This document shows, in pieces, positions 48,548 through 56,995 of a stretch of DNA of 64,000 nucleotides. A model generated the notes under the pieces. It did not search any database. It was not told the DNA's origin and worked only from the letters and a program-made list of their open reading frames with translations. Within the stretch, counting starts at the first letter, position 1, and the number at the start of each line of letters is the position of its first letter. Position numbers and translations under genes: made by a program. Source of the stretch: a virus (taxonomy: Duplodnaviria > Caudoviricetes); the IMG/VR virus record IMGVR_UViG_3300043406_000028, positions 12,042-76,041 of that record; one strand, given 5' to 3'.

Positions 48548-48805
48548 TCAATTTCTCCGTTTGGGTTTGTTGGTGGCCTGTGCCGGTTTTTCTTCAACTG
48601 GTCTGATTGTCGCGGCTTCCGCGAGCGTTTCGCTGATATGACGCTCTTCGTAAGCTTCCGAGAGGGCTTTTTCCGCGTCACGGGGAGCCCTACGGAATAG
48701 GGGAAACCATGGCATCCGATAGATCATCGGTACAATGATCTGGAATACGAGCATCCAGAGCATCATAAACCATAGAACAATCTCAAGCAGTAACGTCCAC
48801 TTCAT
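48548..48805 (-). CDS. small membrane protein upstream of SPFH
   Basis: Hydrophobic N-terminus followed by WFPLFRR. Confidence 0.65.
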   Translation of the reverse strand: MKWTLLLEIVLWFMMLWMLVFQIIVPMIYRMPWFPLFRRAPRDAEKALSEAYEERHISETLAEAATIRPVEEKPAQATNKPKRRN

Positions 48806-48816
48806 TAAGTCCTCCG

Positions 48817-49305
48817 CTAGAAGGGAATCGAGTCATCCATATCGTTTCTTGATTGGCTCTTACCGAGCGTAGCTCTCCATGCTGATCTCGCCTTATCGAC
48901 CATAGTGATCAATTCCGTCAGAGTAATCTCGAACGGATTGATGTTGGTGTTGGACATGGAATTGTTGACGATTCCGCAGACGAAGATCATCTCGTCCTTG
49001 GCATTCGGAGGAATGATTGCGTTCTGTACTGCCTGCCTTGGAGCAGCGGCGGGACGCTCTGGTGGATTTGGGGTATATTGCTGGCCACCAACATTAGACG
49101 GATTCGCAGTCTTGATGGTGTTGAAGCGATGGCCGTTGAACTCACCTTCTTCATAGGTGATATCGTAGGTAACCCCCTCACGGTAGGTGGCGAGTTTGTC
49201 ACCCCATACGTTCCAGAGGCCACCCGCCGTGTCCTGAATCTTGCCTTGTTTCTTACCAATTGCAGGAGACTGCTTGGCGGCAACAGTGATAATTGCGGTT
49301 GGCAT
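48817..49305 (-). CDS. putative ssDNA-binding protein
   Basis: OB-like N-terminus and acidic DDSIPF C-terminal tail. Confidence 0.55.
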   Translation of the reverse strand: MPTAIITVAAKQSPAIGKKQGKIQDTAGGLWNVWGDKLATYREGVTYDITYEEGEFNGHRFNTIKTANPSNVGGQQYTPNPPERPAAAPRQAVQNAIIPPNAKDEMIFVCGIVNNSMSNTNINPFEITLTELITMVDKARSAWRATLGKSQSRNDMDDSIPF

Positions 49306-49306
49306 C

Positions 49307-49636
49307 TTAATCTTTCCTTGGATCGGTGGTGGCTGGGGGCTGCTTGTTCAACTCGAAATATTTACACGATGGAGTTTCAAACGGAACCTTAGCGCCATTC
49401 GATTTCATCATCGATAGATATTTGTTGCATATCCCCAACTTCAAGGTGCCGCCGGTAATTCCTCCGCGCTTGGATTTGTAACCGGAGAATTGATAGTGGA
49501 CACACTCACGGCATGTGGTTCCAGCGGGGCCAGTTCCAGCCCAATGCGCCATCCCAGGCGGCGTCTTGGCCACCATCGCATCATGGCCCGGATTTACGGA
49601 AGTCAAATGTGGTTTTAAGTGATCTGGAGTTTTCAT
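49307..49636 (-). CDS. Cys-containing hypothetical protein
   Basis: TTCRECVHY...C...SCKYF. Confidence 0.65.
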   Translation of the reverse strand: MKTPDHLKPHLTSVNPGHDAMVAKTPPGMAHWAGTGPAGTTCRECVHYQFSGYKSKRGGITGGTLKLGICNKYLSMMKSNGAKVPFETPSCKYFELNKQPPATTDPRKD

Positions 49637-50364
49637 ATCTCTTCCGTGAAAGTGGATTCCACGCCGTTAGGGAGCTTGCCATGCAGTTTACGGTAGGCTC
49701 TAGCACCTTTGATGATTGCCTCATCGATATCCTTGGTATGGCCAAGGTCCTCGATGGCTGTCACAACGTCCGTAACGGTTAGCGTTTCTTTCTTCTTGAG
49801 CCCAATCGCCCGCGAGAACCCGCCGCCGATCCTGACACGAGTTTCTCTCTCCGCGAGTAACGCCGCTCTCTGTGCTTTTTCAAAGTCTCGGAAGGCATTG
49901 TCGGCCTCAACCACATGAGCCGCGATGTCAACTCCAAGCTCTCCACTGCTATTTGATCCAAGAGCTTCTTGTTCAAGCCGCTCGGCCTCTCTAGCTTTTC
50001 GTTCAGCGTCTTCAGCGATTCGAGCAGCTTCTCTAGCTGCTTCTTCTCTCTTTCGCTTTTCCTCTTTAAGGAATTCAGATACTCTTTCCCCCAGAGCATC
50101 GAGAGTTCTCGTGAGCGTCTCCTTTGCAGGGCGGTAGTAGTCATTGATTTCTTTGACCCTTTCATTAAGCGGTCTAACCTTGGAGTCGCGCTCGTCGTCA
50201 AGATCCTTGAGGGCCAACTTACCTCTATCGACATAGACCTTTGCCTCCTTGGCGGTATCTTCGGTTATGACGACATTCTCGGAGAGCCATGCGGAAATGT
50301 CCCGCATGGTCTCTCCGGCAGTATCCACCATTGACGGCGGCGCGTTATGGCCGATTCCAGCCAT
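49633..50364 (-). CDS. coiled-coil protein (recombination-associated, uncertain)
   Basis: MAGIGHN start; KPLNERVKEINDYY pattern. Confidence 0.6.
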   Translation of the reverse strand: MAGIGHNAPPSMVDTAGETMRDISAWLSENVVITEDTAKEAKVYVDRGKLALKDLDDERDSKVRPLNERVKEINDYYRPAKETLTRTLDALGERVSEFLKEEKRKREEAAREAARIAEDAERKAREAERLEQEALGSNSSGELGVDIAAHVVEADNAFRDFEKAQRAALLAERETRVRIGGGFSRAIGLKKKETLTVTDVVTAIEDLGHTKDIDEAIIKGARAYRKLHGKLPNGVESTFTEEI

Positions 50365-51167
50365 TATTTCTTGATTCCGACGCGGAGCTTGTTCTTGTCG
50401 CCACGAACCTGAGAGTTATAGCGGGCCACCAAGATGTCACGGATGATCGTGGGTCCCACACCACCAGCCATTTCCTTTGCGGTCTTGGCAGCGCCCAGCA
50501 ACCGGGCCGGGGTGTACTTGCTGGAGATAGCGGTAGCGAGGCGCTCAAAGTCGAGGTGACGGAACTCCGACAGCAGCATACCGATTCCTCTGACGATCAG
50601 GGCTCCACAGGCGGAGTTTTCCTCACCCCACATCTTGCGGATCAACCGCAGCGTGGCCTCAAGGACAATCGGACCATAGCTCTGGTAAACTACTTCCAAC
50701 GCTCCAACGCACTGGATGGAATTTGCATTCCGGTGGCCAACAAAGTAACCGCACTTGATGACGATCTTGTTGACCTCGACCTGAAGCTCCTTGCCAGCAG
50801 TCACACGAACCTTGAACAGTTCGATGGGCTGTAACGCCCGGCGTCCGGAGTTGACGCTATCGAAGATTTGGGCCGCGCGGGAAGGATCAACCGCATCGAA
50901 GACCTGACACGGGACCTTTTCATCGTGACCCCATTTCTCGGTCACGGCCACAACACGGTGCTGGCCATCGATAACGTGATAGATGCCTTTGCCGTTCGGC
51001 TTGGTCACCGAGATGGTGCCAAACATATCCGGGTCAAAGTTGTCAGCAAGGCGCTGAGCATGCAGCTTGTTCAGAGGACGTTGAGCCTCGGTCCAGACGA
51101 TGGAGAGGTTCTTGACGGGAATCCATTCCGTCTCGTGGAATCCGCGATCTTGATCGTGCTTAGTCAT
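50364..51167 (-). CDS. ParB/Srx-like (DGQHR) domain protein
   Basis: YHVIDGQHRV; QRPL...FDPDMFGTISV. Confidence 0.8.
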   Translation of the reverse strand: MTKHDQDRGFHETEWIPVKNLSIVWTEAQRPLNKLHAQRLADNFDPDMFGTISVTKPNGKGIYHVIDGQHRVVAVTEKWGHDEKVPCQVFDAVDPSRAAQIFDSVNSGRRALQPIELFKVRVTAGKELQVEVNKIVIKCGYFVGHRNANSIQCVGALEVVYQSYGPIVLEATLRLIRKMWGEENSACGALIVRGIGMLLSEFRHLDFERLATAISSKYTPARLLGAAKTAKEMAGGVGPTIIRDILVARYNSQVRGDKNKLRVGIKK

Positions 51168-52038
51168 TCTTCGATCTCCTGATTGCTTCTGCTACTTTTC
51201 TGATGATAGTCCCAGCTTCGCTCAGTTCATTGATTGCCTTATCGGCATCTTCGATGGACATATACGGCCTGTCCATATCAGACAGGCGTTGAGCGCTGAC
51301 TCCCAGAAGGAAAACCGAGTTGAGGTAGGCTTCAACTCTCTTCTGAGAGACCTTGCCACTGAAGACCTTATTCCTTCCGCTGCCCCAGATTTTCTCGATC
51401 AGGGGCTTGGCCTTGAGGTAATACTCGCGGACGTTTCTTGTTTTATTGATCTTATCGATCAACGATTGGACCAATTCCGAATCTGCATTCGATAGATCGG
51501 GGTGCCGCGAGAGCAGAATGATCGCCCTGACGTTACGGTATGTCAAATCTCCAATGCCGAGATTCTTGGCGACTGCCGGTATATCGTTACCGAAATCAAC
51601 CTCTCTCTGCATCCCGGCGCTGACGTAGGCAGCCAGAGTAACATTATCGGGAATCTTGACACGGTTACCTTCATTGTAGCCAACCGGCCCCTTGGTCTTT
51701 ATGCCGCGCCAATCCCACACCTTGTACTTAGAAGCCTTCCTCAACTCACCATTCTTGAGCTTTTCGAGAAGCACTTCATCTGGAAGAAACCGCATCTCAT
51801 AAAGAAGAGCCCATGAGTTTGGGAGCTTGTCAGTATGAACGGGATTGGAAAGGATCGGGTGGGTGGCAATCCTGATGATCTTGTTGATTGAACTGGCGGC
51901 GATGCCAAAATCAGCATTGACCTTCTTGGTTAGGGCGTCTCGATCCAACTCCTTGCTCATTTGCTGAAGATTTCTACCCATCTCGATGATGCTGCGAGCG
52001 CTCTCATTCCACTTTGGCTTTATGGCTTCTGGTGTCAT
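51160..52038 (-). CDS. hypothetical DNA-binding protein
   Basis: IIEMGRNL...LPNSWALLYEM pattern. Confidence 0.65.
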   Translation of the reverse strand: MTPEAIKPKWNESARSIIEMGRNLQQMSKELDRDALTKKVNADFGIAASSINKIIRIATHPILSNPVHTDKLPNSWALLYEMRFLPDEVLLEKLKNGELRKASKYKVWDWRGIKTKGPVGYNEGNRVKIPDNVTLAAYVSAGMQREVDFGNDIPAVAKNLGIGDLTYRNVRAIILLSRHPDLSNADSELVQSLIDKINKTRNVREYYLKAKPLIEKIWGSGRNKVFSGKVSQKRVEAYLNSVFLLGVSAQRLSDMDRPYMSIEDADKAINELSEAGTIIRKVAEAIRRSKND

Positions 52039-52040
52039 GA

Positions 52041-52292
52041 TTATTTCACTTTTTCTTTCTCGTGATACGCCTCAAGCGCCATGTGAATCTCGTTCAGTGC
52101 TAGTTCCAGTTCTGTCGTGGCATCCTGGAGCTTCCCTATTGCTTCTGTAGGGAACGCCGGAGCGACAGGAAGCAGTCTCACCCACTCGGTAATCTGTCTT
52201 GCATCATTCTCGATATGCTTGGCTCTTATTCCAATCGTAGCCAGGAATGGCGCTACACGGCGGTCCCATTCCTCAAGTGTCATGTGTTTCAT
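52041..52292 (-). CDS. hypothetical protein
   Basis: 83-aa ORF, coupled. Confidence 0.6.
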   Translation of the reverse strand: MKHMTLEEWDRRVAPFLATIGIRAKHIENDARQITEWVRLLPVAPAFPTEAIGKLQDATTELELALNEIHMALEAYHEKEKVK

Positions 52293-52501
52293 TTCTTTGC
52301 TTTTGTTTTCTCAAATCCAAGCAGACAAAGCTGCCGTACATGCTCTTGGAAGCCGATGCCTTCCTTGAAGGCCTTGTCAGCTATGCGGTCAAACAGTTCC
52401 TTGGGGAAGGAACACGCAATCTTGACGCGGCCTCCTTCAGTCATACCGATGGCGCGGCCCTTGGCTTTAGTCGTAATGTTCCGGTGATAGATCCTGGTCA
52501 T
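52289..52501 (-). CDS. ribbon-helix-helix-like regulator
   Basis: KIACSFPKELFDRIADKAFKEGIGFQEHVRQL; GAGGG SD at ATG 52501. Confidence 0.65.
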   Translation of the reverse strand: MTRIYHRNITTKAKGRAIGMTEGGRVKIACSFPKELFDRIADKAFKEGIGFQEHVRQLCLLGFEKTKAKK

Positions 52502-52509
52502 GTGTTCCC

Positions 52510-52553
52510 TCTCTTCTTCTCTCTTCTCGAAGAGAAGAAGAGAGAAGAAGAGA
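52510..52553. repeat. perfect 18-bp polypyrimidine/polypurine inverted repeat
   Basis: 52510-52527 / 52536-52553; alternative 7-bp stem closing a C-GAA-G triloop. Confidence 0.85.
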
Positions 52554-52554
52554 C

Positions 52555-52875
52555 CTATCTCGGTTCGTAGGAAAAACTCTTCGCCTTTCGGCACCTCTTC
52601 AGCAGGTTCTCTCGTTCGCTCCACCCAGATTCCGGCAGATGTTCAAGAGCATCAATTACCTCGTCTAAGGCACATCCAAGTTCGCCAATCCACTCCCACA
52701 TGAAGTCCTTTGGCGGATTGTTTCTTTTAATGTCCTTATGTTTCTCGCTTCCGATTTCGATCATTCCCTTGTCACAAAATCCGCATTCGTAGGTGGGGCC
52801 GGAGCCATCATCGAGAACTGGCTCGACCCAAGAGTAGTTGCCTTTGCAGTACGGGCACGGGAAATGGTTGGACAC
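52555..52875 (-). CDS. Zn-finger hypothetical protein
   Basis: CPYC and CGFC motifs; GGAG SD. Confidence 0.65.
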   Translation of the reverse strand: MSNHFPCPYCKGNYSWVEPVLDDGSGPTYECGFCDKGMIEIGSEKHKDIKRNNPPKDFMWEWIGELGCALDEVIDALEHLPESGWSERENLLKRCRKAKSFSYEPR

Positions 52876-52953
52876 GCTCCTTCTCCGTTGGTTGATTGTT
52901 CATATAGCCCAATATGGGTTGCAGTCAAGGACAAAATAGGCTACCTCTAACTC

Positions 52954-53145
52954 ATGACGCTAGAACGATATTTATTGAAATACGGAATCAGCACCGCTAG
53001 GTTTGCGAGAGCCAACGGCTTCTCGTTCCACAGTTGCGTCAAGTGGCGGCAGCGGATCAGAATCCCAAGGTCAAAATCCCTCATCAAGATCGAGAAATTA
53101 ACCAAAGGCGAGGTATCTGCCAGTGATTGGTACAGTACAAAGTAA
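52954..53145 (+). CDS. Cro-like HTH regulator
   Basis: MTLERYL...ARFARANG...WRQRIRIP...KIEKLTKGEVS. Confidence 0.75.
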   Translation: MTLERYLLKYGISTARFARANGFSFHSCVKWRQRIRIPRSKSLIKIEKLTKGEVSASDWYSTK

Positions 53146-53575
53146 CCGCAAGACTGTCTGGAATCCGGAGAACATCGAACTGCTAAAGCGCCTCTGGAGC
53201 GAGGGGCTGTCGGCCACTCAGATTGCCATGCAGATTCCACGGGCTACCAGGAATGGGGTAATCGGCAAGAAACACCGCTTGGGCCTGGAGAACCGTAAGC
53301 AGGCTCCATCGCAGAATCCCATTCGTATCAAGGCCAAGAAGGAGAGGTCCATGCCGGAATTCAAGCCAGCGCCCCTTCCTCCACCTCCAGAGCCGCCGAA
53401 GGGCGACCTGATCCCATTCATGAAGGCAGGTGCGACAACTTGTCGCAGCGTCGAGGGTTACGGCGAGGATTCCAAAGGGCGGAAGCTTGCCATGTTCTGT
53501 CCGAATCCCAAGGATTTCGAGGCTTCGTTCTGTGCCTATCACCAGAACATCTATTACCGGAAGGATGCCCGGTGA
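53123..53575 (+). CDS. gcrA: GcrA-like cell-cycle regulator
   Basis: WNPENIELLKRLWSEGLSATQIA...TRNGVIGKKHRLGL; C-terminal C...FC...FCAYH. Confidence 0.88.
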   Translation: MIGTVQSNRKTVWNPENIELLKRLWSEGLSATQIAMQIPRATRNGVIGKKHRLGLENRKQAPSQNPIRIKAKKERSMPEFKPAPLPPPPEPPKGDLIPFMKAGATTCRSVEGYGEDSKGRKLAMFCPNPKDFEASFCAYHQNIYYRKDAR

Positions 53576-54162
53576 GCGCCCAGGATCTGATCGACGAAGC
53601 CAAGCGTATACGCCAAAGGCTCCGTTATCCACCGAACGCGGTCCATGACCCTGGAATCGACCTGACGCGGAAATCCACAGCCCATAAGGGTTCTGAGCCT
53701 GTTCCGGACCCTCCGGTGAGGAAGGTCCTGGCCGATCCTGTGCCGGAACCAAGTTATCCACCATTGGATGTGAAGTTCCCGATCACCTTCGACGATATCC
53801 TGGATGCCGTGTCCATCCACTACGGGGTATCCGTAGGAGCCCTCAAGGGAGCCAGCAGACGGGCGCACACGTGTTTTGCCCGCTTCGTGGTGGTCTACCT
53901 ATCCCTGCGGCTTTTAGCGCGCCGTAGCCTATCCTCCATCGCCAGGGATCTGGACAAGGACCACACCTCGATCCTGCATGCCCGGAACCGGATCAATGCT
54001 ATCATCGCGGGGAATCCAGCCGTAGCGTCGGAAGTCCTGATGATAGAGGCTTACATTGCAGCTAACCATCGATCTGCCGTTTCCACCATCGGTCAATGCA
54101 GTATGGCGCTCCAATCGAGGCCGGGTCCATCGGGACAAGAAATACTCAGCCTGGGAGGCTGA
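53572..54162 (+). CDS. protein with DnaA C-terminal (domain IV) HTH-like domain
   Basis: ILDAVSIHYGVS...ARFVVVYL...SLSSIARDLDKDHTSILHA. Confidence 0.8.
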   Translation: MSAQDLIDEAKRIRQRLRYPPNAVHDPGIDLTRKSTAHKGSEPVPDPPVRKVLADPVPEPSYPPLDVKFPITFDDILDAVSIHYGVSVGALKGASRRAHTCFARFVVVYLSLRLLARRSLSSIARDLDKDHTSILHARNRINAIIAGNPAVASEVLMIEAYIAANHRSAVSTIGQCSMALQSRPGPSGQEILSLGG

Positions 54163-54418
54163 CGCCTGGGGCCACTGGCTTCAGCAGAAGCCCACCCAGA
54201 AGCTGAAATCGATTGAGGGCCACTACGCCCTCAAGATCATCCTGAATCCACCTGACAAGCGCCTCCGAGACTTGGGAAACTATGACAAGGCGCTCAGCGA
54301 CTTCCTACAAACGGCAGGAATAGTCCATAACGACTGCTTATGCCTCGATCTACATATAGTATGGGGCTCGGCAGAAGACGCTCCTAATGGAGCCAGGATG
54401 ATTGTAAGTCCTTGTTGA
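54056..54418 (+). CDS. rusA: RusA-family Holliday junction resolvase (D72 equivalent is Gly)
   Basis: LPFPPSVN, PDKRLRDLGNYDKALSDFL, IVHND. Confidence 0.8.
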   Translation: MQLTIDLPFPPSVNAVWRSNRGRVHRDKKYSAWEADAWGHWLQQKPTQKLKSIEGHYALKIILNPPDKRLRDLGNYDKALSDFLQTAGIVHNDCLCLDLHIVWGSAEDAPNGARMIVSPC

Positions 54419-54831
54419 CGAACGAGTAAAACGGTTCTACAAAAGAAAACCCCCGCGAGACGGTGAATCTCCGGGGGCGTGATCGGTGGATTGGATAAGG
54501 CAGGGCTTACCGATGGGTCCTAAATACCCATTTATTTGCCCCAGCACAACCCCCTTCCTCCGCCCACTCCACAGAGCATCACCTTCACGAGGGGTGCCTG
54601 TTCCGGGCTCATGCGGGACAGGGAAACGGGATAAGGTAGGCGGACAGCCACAGGGCCGGTTTCATTCCACCGGAAGACAACGGGATTCCCGATAGTTTTG
54701 CTCAAGACTAAACGTGGGTAGGAAGCAAGAAGCCTCCAGGAACTTCCTGGGAAGCCCCTTCCTGATCTGTGGCGACGTGTTCTTGGACACGTCCCGCTTG
54801 TGGAAGTATGTCAAAAATCTAGAACTTCTTA

Positions 54832-55260
54832 GTGCTCACTAAGAATCAGGGAAGAGCTATGGACGAGACAGACTTTGATCGTTTTTGGGAATCCTATCCT
54901 CCGCGAAAGGGAGATAGAGGGAAGACCCCGGCCAAGGTCTTGTTTGAGAAGGCCGTGAAATCTGGTGTTGATGCTGAAACTATCATTGAGGCCGCGTCAA
55001 AGTATGCCGTTTCCGAGCAGGCAAATCTCAACACCCCCTTCATCATGCAGGCCCAGCGGTGGCTCAGGAACAAGCGGTGGAAGGACTTCACCTACACGTC
55101 CGACAAGCCAAGGACCGACGTTACCATCAAGGGTAAGCCAGCGGTCTTTATCCGCGAGGATTCCCCACAATGGAAGGCGTGGCAGAAGGTCAAGAAAACC
55201 CCATGCGTTAATTTCGGCTGGTGGTTCCCATCAGAATGGCCCCCAGGAGTAAGTTCATGA
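54832..55260 (+). CDS. replication-initiator C-terminal-like protein
   Basis: FDRFWESYPPR...AK..F.KAV...AQRWLRNKRWKD pattern. Confidence 0.6.
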   Translation: MLTKNQGRAMDETDFDRFWESYPPRKGDRGKTPAKVLFEKAVKSGVDAETIIEAASKYAVSEQANLNTPFIMQAQRWLRNKRWKDFTYTSDKPRTDVTIKGKPAVFIREDSPQWKAWQKVKKTPCVNFGWWFPSEWPPGVSS

Positions 55261-55457
55261 ACAAGTCTGAGCTATGGGCCGATCCTGAGTGGCGTGGCAG
55301 TCATTGGGGAAATCGCCGTGGTCGGCCCTGGGGGCAGGAGGAAATCACCCAGGCCGTTACCATGCGATTGAGCGGCCACTCCAACGCCGAAATTGCGGCT
55401 GAGCTTGGCCGAACCCTCAGGTCCGTTGAGGGCAAGATTGGCTATGTAAAATCATGA
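55257..55457 (+). CDS. small HTH protein
   Basis: PWGQEE...IAAELGRTLRSVEGK. Confidence 0.6.
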   Translation: MNKSELWADPEWRGSHWGNRRGRPWGQEEITQAVTMRLSGHSNAEIAAELGRTLRSVEGKIGYVKS

Positions 55458-55461
55458 AAAT

Positions 55462-55536
55462 TGGCAAGGGTGGCAGGTTTCGAACCCGCTCCGCATGGAT
55501 TTGGAGGCCAGCATGCTACCGTTACAACACACCCCT
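55462..55536 (-). tRNA. tRNA-Trp(CCA)
   Basis: 7-bp acceptor stem, loop CTCCAAA, TTCGAAA, CCA end; weak anticodon stem. Confidence 0.8.
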
Positions 55537-55538
55537 AT

Positions 55539-55612
55539 TGGTACCGCCTTCAGGGATTGAACCTGATTTTCCGGGGCCACAACCCAGCGTTCTGCCATTG
55601 AACTAAGGCGGC
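55539..55612 (-). tRNA. tRNA-His(GUG), no G-1, A73
   Basis: Loop TTGTGGC; full cloverleaf; CCA end. Confidence 0.9.
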
Positions 55613-55616
55613 GTAT

Positions 55617-55687
55617 TGGTTGGGGACGAGTGGATTCAAACCCTCTTCATCCGGCTCAAAACCGGATTTACCATCTTGGAATCCCCA
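55617..55687 (-). tRNA. tRNA-Gln(UUG), degenerate D-arm
   Basis: ATCCGG-TTTTGAG-CCGGAT; 3' D-strand missing; T-loop TTTGAAT. Confidence 0.6.
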
Positions 55688-55691
55688 GTAT

Positions 55692-55765
55692 TGGTAGAGC
55701 CTGAGGGGGACGATCCCTCGTCTCCTGAGTGAAAATCAGGTATGCTGCCGTTGCACTAAGGCTCC
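55692..55765 (-). tRNA. tRNA-Glu(UUC)
   Basis: CCTGA-TTTTCAC-TCAGG; T-loop ATCGTCC. Confidence 0.85.
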
Positions 55766-55770
55766 GTATT

Positions 55771-55845
55771 TGGTGCGGACTGGGAGAATCGAACTCCCTT
55801 CACTAGGTTGGAAGCCTAGGGCATCAGCCAATATACCAAGCCCGC
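55771..55845 (-). tRNA. tRNA-Gly(UCC)
   Basis: CTAGG-CTTCCAA-CCTAG. Confidence 0.9.
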
Positions 55846-55849
55846 GTAT

Positions 55850-55938
55850 TGGCGGAAAGCTGAGGTCTTGATCCCCACACCCGTTAAGGTGCCATCTCCT
55901 TAGCAGGGAGCGGCAGGCACTTGCCTGCTTAACTTTCC
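55850..55938 (-). tRNA. tRNA-Ser(GCU)
   Basis: Loop CTGCTAA; long variable arm; G73. Confidence 0.85.
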
Positions 55939-56079
55939 GTGTTCTTTGCAAAGTGTTTCAAATTCTTCCATCGACCAGTCTGAAGACGGGGTCTTAAGCT
56001 CCCGAACAGCGCCGTGGTCGAAATCATCCATCGAGATGAATTTTCCACACACATCACAGCGATTCCAATGCTCGTCCAT
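55900..56079 (-). CDS. small Zn-finger ORF (MDEHWNRCDVCGKF...LCKEH), stop inside tRNA-Ser(GCU)
   Basis: Hand-translated 59 aa; GGAG SD. Confidence 0.6.
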   Translation of the reverse strand: MDEHWNRCDVCGKFISMDDFDHGAVRELKTPSSDWSMEEFETLCKEHGKLSRQVPAAPC

Positions 56080-56095
56080 GACAGTCTCCGTTAAT

Positions 56096-56172
56096 TGGTC
56101 TTGCCGGGAGAACTCGAATCTCCATACAATCGCTTAGGAGGCGAAGGCTCTGTCCTGTTGAGCTACGGCAAG
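56096..56172 (-). tRNA. tRNA-Arg(CCU)
   Basis: TCGC-CTCCTAA-GCGA. Confidence 0.85.
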
Positions 56173-56176
56173 GTAT

Positions 56177-56251
56177 TGGCGACCACGGGAAGACTCGAAC
56201 TTCCATCCCAGCCTTTAGAAGAGGCGGCTTTATCCAGTTAAATACGTGGCC
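56177..56251 (-). tRNA. tRNA-Arg(UCU)
   Basis: GCCT-CTTCTAA-AGGC. Confidence 0.85.
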
Positions 56252-56255
56252 TTAT

Positions 56256-56330
56256 TGGAGTAGCAGGCCGGTGCTGACCCGGCTCATGGAGGTTTTGCAG
56301 ACCACCGCGTTCCCGTTTCGCCACTGCTAC
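56256..56330 (-). tRNA. tRNA-Cys(GCA)
   Basis: Loop CTGCAAA; U73; T-loop GTCAGCA. Confidence 0.85.
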
Positions 56331-56334
56331 ATAT

Positions 56335-56408
56335 TGGCACCGCTTGATGGTACTGCCCCACCGTCATCTGGTTCAGAGCCAGAGGTCCTACTTTTGAACG
56401 AAAGCGGT
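56335..56408 (-). tRNA. tRNA-Gln(CUG)
   Basis: CTGG-CTCTGAA-CCAG; T-loop GGCAGTA. Confidence 0.85.
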
Positions 56409-56410
56409 AT

Positions 56411-56485
56411 TGGTCCGGGTGGGGTGACTCGAACACCCATAGTCTCCGCCCCAAACGGAGTGACCAGCCTTTGGCCCACACCCGG
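56411..56485 (-). tRNA. tRNA-Pro(UGG)
   Basis: CTCCG-TTTGGGG-CGGAG. Confidence 0.9.
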
Positions 56486-56489
56486 ATAT

Positions 56490-56566
56490 TGGTCCTCACG
56501 GGACGATTCGAACGCCCACCTCCCGGATTCGTAGTCCGGCGCATTCTCCAGTTGTGCTACGTGAGG
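56490..56566 (-). tRNA. tRNA-Arg(ACG)
   Basis: CCGGA-CTACGAA-TCCGG. Confidence 0.92.
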
Positions 56567-56570
56567 GTAT

Positions 56571-56645
56571 TGGAGCAGCTAGCGGGTACTGACCCCGCGT
56601 TACATCCTTGAGAGGGATGCGTCCTGGCCATTAGACGATAGCTGC
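56571..56645 (-). tRNA. tRNA-Glu(CUC)
   Basis: CATCC-CTCTCAA-GGATG; T-loop GTCAGTA. Confidence 0.87.
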
Positions 56646-56651
56646 GTGTTA

Positions 56652-56763
56652 CTGGAGGTTCCGAGTGTTCCCGGATTACCATCTCCCCTCCAAGAGACCG
56701 CCAATCTACCCCAAGGTACGAAATCCCAGAGTTCCTTGGTGTCGGCTAGGATGGCTACTCCAG
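56652..56763 (-). ncRNA. candidate structured ncRNA
   Basis: CTGGAG/CTCCAG closing stem, CCATC/GATGG, CCAAGG/CCTTGG and TCCG/CGGA helices. Confidence 0.45.
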
Positions 56764-56794
56764 CGGATTCTGGGTTTGCGCTGGGAGCGCCAAT

Positions 56795-56869
56795 TGGCTG
56801 GCAAGGCAGGGATCGAACCTGCGACGGGATGGTTAACAGCCACCTGATCTACCGCTGATCTACTTGCCA
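56795..56869 (-). tRNA. tRNA-Asn(GUU)
   Basis: GGTGG-CTGTTAA-CCATC. Confidence 0.9.
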
Positions 56870-56872
56870 AAA

Positions 56873-56944
56873 TGGTGGACCAACCGGGTACTGCCCCCGG
56901 CTTTCAATGCTTGCAAGGCATCGATGCAGCCTTCTGCTTGGCCC
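56873..56944 (-). tRNA. tRNA-Ala(UGC)
   Basis: G3-U70 pair; loop CTTGCAA; short D-loop; T-loop GGCAGTA. Confidence 0.85.
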
Positions 56945-56995
56945 GTAACTTTATTGCTCCATCTGTGTTATACTGGGCATAGATAGGAGGCTTCC

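Noticed and set aside
56873-56944. tRNA-Ala as tmRNA (G3-U70 and GGCAGTA T-loop resemble alphaproteobacterial tmRNA)
   Set aside because: It is 72 nt with a normal UGC anticodon arm, has no tag-reading frame, and other tRNAs here share the same T-loop.
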